DNA of 64,000 nt, taken from the NCBI GenBank assembly GCA_965218095.1, contig OZ244587.1:352001-416000 (forward strand), read 5' to 3'. Source of the stretch: Candidatus Poribacteria bacterium. Lineage in GTDB: Bacteria > Poribacteria > WGA-4E > PCPOR2b. The position numbers and the translations under genes are program-made. Shown piece by piece: positions 60,583 through 64,000 of this stretch. Each line of letters begins with the position of its first letter. Position 1 is the stretch's first letter. The notes beneath the pieces are model-generated. The model did not search any database, was not told the origin of the DNA, and was given only the letters and a program-made list of their open reading frames with translations.

Positions 60583-63138
60583 ATGAACCAACAAATAACG
60601 TCCCCCGAAGCGTTTTTTGGCTTCCAACTGGGAAGCGATCGGAAAATGGCACGATGGAATCAGATTGTCGATTATTTCCGGTTATTGGGGGAGCAGAGCG
60701 ACAAAATCCAAGTCATTGATATGGGGCCCTCCACAGAAGGGCACCCGTTTCTACTTGTGATTATCTCATCGCCGGAGAATCTGGCGAATTTGGCGCATCT
60801 CCGCGAGGTGAACGCTCAAATCAAGGATCCGCGCGGGGTATCGGCGGAGGCGATAAGGTCGCTCGTGGGCGAAGGAAAGGCAATTATCCTCCAATCAATG
60901 GGGCTGCATGCGACAGAGATTGGCAGCACTCAGATGGCCTCAGAGTTGGCTTACGATCAGATCACTCGGACCGATGAAGAAGCGACACGCATTCTGGATA
61001 ACGTCATCTCACTGATGGTGCCATGCTTCAATCCGGATGGCCAGATTATGGTGACTGATTGGTACAACGAATATCTCAATACGGAGTACGAAGGCTGTAC
61101 GCTGCCGTGGTTGTATCACAAGTATGCCGGGCATGACAACAATCGCGACGCTTTCATGTTTAACTTGGTCGAGTCCCAGTATATGGCACAAATCATGTAT
61201 CAGGAGTGGCAGCCCCACGCTTACCAAGACCATCACGAGATGGGCTGCTACGGGGCCCGCTTATGGGTGTGCCCCTATTCGGAGCCGCTTCATCCACACG
61301 GCGCCCCGTTGGTTTGGCGGGAGATTAGCTGGTACGGGGCGCACATGGCGTATAAGCTGGAGGAAGCGGGTAAGACCGGTGTCCTCAATGCGTCCCTGTT
61401 CCCGGCGTGGAGCCACCTCGGTTTCCACTGGATGGGTAACTATCACAACATCGCCAGCATGTTGACGGAGTCGGCACATGCTAAGTTGGCGACCCCGATG
61501 TACATCCACAGAAGTCAACTGAAAGGCGAAGACGACAGGAAGCAACTGCTAGACGAAGGCGGTAATACGTTAAGGGCATTTCCCCACTACAAGCCTCAGA
61601 CGAACTTTCCTCATCCATGGGAGGGGGGTTGGTGGAGACTTCGCGACATCGTCGAGCAACAAAAAATATCGGCGTGGGGGCTACTTGATATGGCGGCACG
61701 GAATAAGGATACAATTCTGCAGAATGCATATCTGAAGGCAGAGCGACAGACAGCACTTGGTGTGTCTGGTACACCTGCCGCATACCTTATCCGCCCAGAC
61801 CAACACGATCCGCTGACCGTTGTGAAAATGATCAACAAACTACGGGTTCAGGGGATAGACATCCAGAAAGCGGTGCAGGGCTTCACCGTCAACGGCTTAA
61901 GCTACCCAGCGGGGACCTACTGCATTCCCCTCAATCAACCGAAGATGGGGGTCATTAAGACGTTGCTGGGACGGACTCTATACCCGGACGACGCTTGGAC
62001 GCGACAACCGGATGGTACGCCTCAGCGGCCCTATGATTCCGCAACGGACACCATGGCGGAGTTCATGGGGGTCGATGCCGTGCCGGTAAAGGAGAGTGTC
62101 GAAGGGAATTTTGAAGCGGTTACGGCACCCGAACCCCTTACCGGGAGGGTAGTCGGAGCCTCGCAGTCCGGTTATCTTTTCGATGGCAGGTTAAACGACA
62201 GCTTCAAAGTCGTCAATCGGTTGTTCGATCAGGGTGTCCAAGTCACACGCCTTCGCGAGGCGGTATCAGTGGGGAATGAAGAATTTCCGGCGGGCGCGTT
62301 TGTGGCTTCCGCAGGGTCTGAGGAGCTACTCACAGAGATCACCCAAAATTGTGGCGTTACCTTCTACGCGCTTGGAGGGGGATTGGAAACAGAGCAGCGC
62401 GAAGTCCGGCGAGGGCGTATCGGTATGTACCAGCGATACTGGGGCGGCAACATGGATGAGGGCTGGACGCGGCTGGTCCTGGAACAGTTTGGATTCCCGT
62501 ACCAGACGCTGAAAGATGAGGAGGTTAAAGCGGGCAACTTGAATCAGCGTATTGACATCCTCATACTGCCCGACGATTCCACCGCCATGATCATCGGCGA
62601 CAAGGCGGAGGATCGACTCAGAGAAAACCCCGCTCCACCAGAATACCGAAGCGGTATCGGGGAAGCGGGGGTTGAAGCGATAAAAGGGTTCGTCGAGGGC
62701 GGCGGCACGTTGGTAACGCTCAACCAAGCCTGCGACTTCGCCATCAAGAAGTTGGATCTGCCAGTGAAAAACGTCCTCGCAGATAAGTCAGCCAAAGAAT
62801 TCTTCTGCCCCGGTTCCACTCTACACGCCCATATCGACACGACGCATCGGCTCACTTACGGTATGCCCCACGAGGCACTCATCTTCTTCTGGAACGGTCC
62901 CACCTTCCGCGCCCAACCCTCTTTTTCCAATGAGAGATGCGAGATTCTCGTCCAATATCCTGAGAGGGAGGTCTTGCAGAGCGGGTGGCTTGTCGGTGAA
63001 GAGCAGATAGCGGGGACGGCTGCCATGATTTCAGCGGGTTACGGTGAAGGCTCGGTTGTCCTGTTCGGATTCAGACCGCAGCATCGGGCGCAAACGCATG
63101 GGACGTTCAAATTGTTTTTCAACGCGCTTATTTGTTAA
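60583..63138 (+). CDS. M14-family zinc carboxypeptidase with C-terminal GATase-like domain
   Basis: HATE, NPDG, DNNRD, DHHEM, MDEGWTR. Confidence 0.93.
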   Translation: MNQQITSPEAFFGFQLGSDRKMARWNQIVDYFRLLGEQSDKIQVIDMGPSTEGHPFLLVIISSPENLANLAHLREVNAQIKDPRGVSAEAIRSLVGEGKAIILQSMGLHATEIGSTQMASELAYDQITRTDEEATRILDNVISLMVPCFNPDGQIMVTDWYNEYLNTEYEGCTLPWLYHKYAGHDNNRDAFMFNLVESQYMAQIMYQEWQPHAYQDHHEMGCYGARLWVCPYSEPLHPHGAPLVWREISWYGAHMAYKLEEAGKTGVLNASLFPAWSHLGFHWMGNYHNIASMLTESAHAKLATPMYIHRSQLKGEDDRKQLLDEGGNTLRAFPHYKPQTNFPHPWEGGWWRLRDIVEQQKISAWGLLDMAARNKDTILQNAYLKAERQTALGVSGTPAAYLIRPDQHDPLTVVKMINKLRVQGIDIQKAVQGFTVNGLSYPAGTYCIPLNQPKMGVIKTLLGRTLYPDDAWTRQPDGTPQRPYDSATDTMAEFMGVDAVPVKESVEGNFEAVTAPEPLTGRVVGASQSGYLFDGRLNDSFKVVNRLFDQGVQVTRLREAVSVGNEEFPAGAFVASAGSEELLTEITQNCGVTFYALGGGLETEQREVRRGRIGMYQRYWGGNMDEGWTRLVLEQFGFPYQTLKDEEVKAGNLNQRIDILILPDDSTAMIIGDKAEDRLRENPAPPEYRSGIGEAGVEAIKGFVEGGGTLVTLNQACDFAIKKLDLPVKNVLADKSAKEFFCPGSTLHAHIDTTHRLTYGMPHEALIFFWNGPTFRAQPSFSNERCEILVQYPEREVLQSGWLVGEEQIAGTAAMISAGYGEGSVVLFGFRPQHRAQTHGTFKLFFNALIC

Positions 63139-63296
63139 AGATATGGGGAAATATTGTCTGAATCACAGATTAAGTAGATAACGCAGAGGGTACGGATAAA
63201 CAAACGAAGCCGTCGCTGAGCGGTAAGGAACACTGTCGGGCTGGAAGCGTGATGAATTGAGTGATGACAGACGAGGATATCTATTTATGTACACCT

Positions 63297-63383
63297 TCAG
63301 GTTATTTAACGCCGAGTGAATTTGAGCGACAACACTTGGTTTAACTTTGCTTATTTGTGGTCTAAATTACCGTTGGCACTTCA
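63297..63383 (+). mobile_element. IS3-family right-end remnant
   Basis: GYLTPSEFE* transposase terminus followed by an IR-like end ...GGCACTTCA. Confidence 0.55.
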
Positions 63384-63414
63384 CCGCGTATAAGAATAAC
63401 TCATGAGTTACCTT

Positions 63415-64000
63415 TCAGTCTCCAATTAAGCTCGCCAACGAATACTCAATATCTCTGGACATCTCTTCAATCTTAGATTCTAGTTGTTTTTTAAGTGCTA
63501 GTTTATCTGAAATACCTTCCATGAACGTGTCTATGGAAGATAAGTCCGTACTATCCGGTACAGGTATCATTATTTCCTCAAGTTTGTTCTCCCTGAAGTC
63601 TGGAGAGCCCGCACCGCGACAAACAGAAATGAGCTGATTCCTTACAAACGGTGAGTTTAACATTATCACTAAGTAATCAGCATTGACATTAGGATATAAG
63701 GGCAAATAGCGATTGGTCAGTACTAACCCCTTTGTTGCCTCGCCAATTTTAATTATCTTCCTTCCTGATTCAAGTGAATTTCTTGCATTTGGTAACAAAA
63801 TCAGTTCATCGCCATTCAATTCATAGGTAGCCCGACTTGGTAATTCGATTGCCCTTCTTTTAGTAGGAGTAAAGGCTCCGGTTTCCGGGTCAACGTTTCT
63901 GACCTCAACATATTGGATGACTCTATCAGGGGTCTGTTTTAACGCGCTTCTAGAAATCCTGTTTTGATAGACTGAAACAAGCTCAGAGAGTGGTAGCGAT
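63415..64000 (-). CDS. Restriction-modification specificity (HsdS/TRD-like) domain, partial
   Basis: YVEVRNVD..TG, LPSRA, YLVIMLNSPFVRNQL, LEEIMIPVP. AT-rich; open beyond the window edge. Confidence 0.8.
   Translation of the reverse strand, partial: SLPLSELVSVYQNRISRSALKQTPDRVIQYVEVRNVDPETGAFTPTKRRAIELPSRATYELNGDELILLPNARNSLESGRKIIKIGEATKGLVLTNRYLPLYPNVNADYLVIMLNSPFVRNQLISVCRGAGSPDFRENKLEEIMIPVPDSTDLSSIDTFMEGISDKLALKKQLESKIEEMSRDIEYSLASLIGD

Overview
This is a ~51% GC bacterial window. Four copies of the 'NYPNPFNPETWIPY...WDGRN' C-terminal domain, internalin-type LRR and WD40 secreted proteins, and many sugar-acid catabolic enzymes suggest Candidatus Poribacteria (inference). Intact genes include a KamA-type radical SAM enzyme, cyclophilin, a class IV aminotransferase, a membrane histidine kinase, M42/M20/M14 peptidases, MoeB/ThiF, a heparinase II/III protein, two enolase-family dehydratases, Nnr and a DNA methyltransferase. 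They are interspersed with many pseudogenes, an IS982, two IS5 elements, REP-like palindromes and small gene remnants. The strongest unannotated signals are: (1) an E-H-S-type secreted subtilase followed by two near-identical tandem lipoproteins with clustered hypervariable patches, a candidate protease/variable-inhibitor module; (2) a DUF3179 selenoprotein with an in-frame TGA in a UxxC motif and a SECIS-like hairpin; (3) a UvrD helicase carrying an inserted degenerate RecJ/DHH segment and an intact DEDDh exonuclease; (4) a degenerate integrase-less attC cassette array holding two TA modules; (5) an amber-inactivated restriction enzyme inside a catabolic operon; and (6) a group II intron 3' remnant next to a MITE-like element. 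All family assignments were made by eye from motifs; no searches were run.
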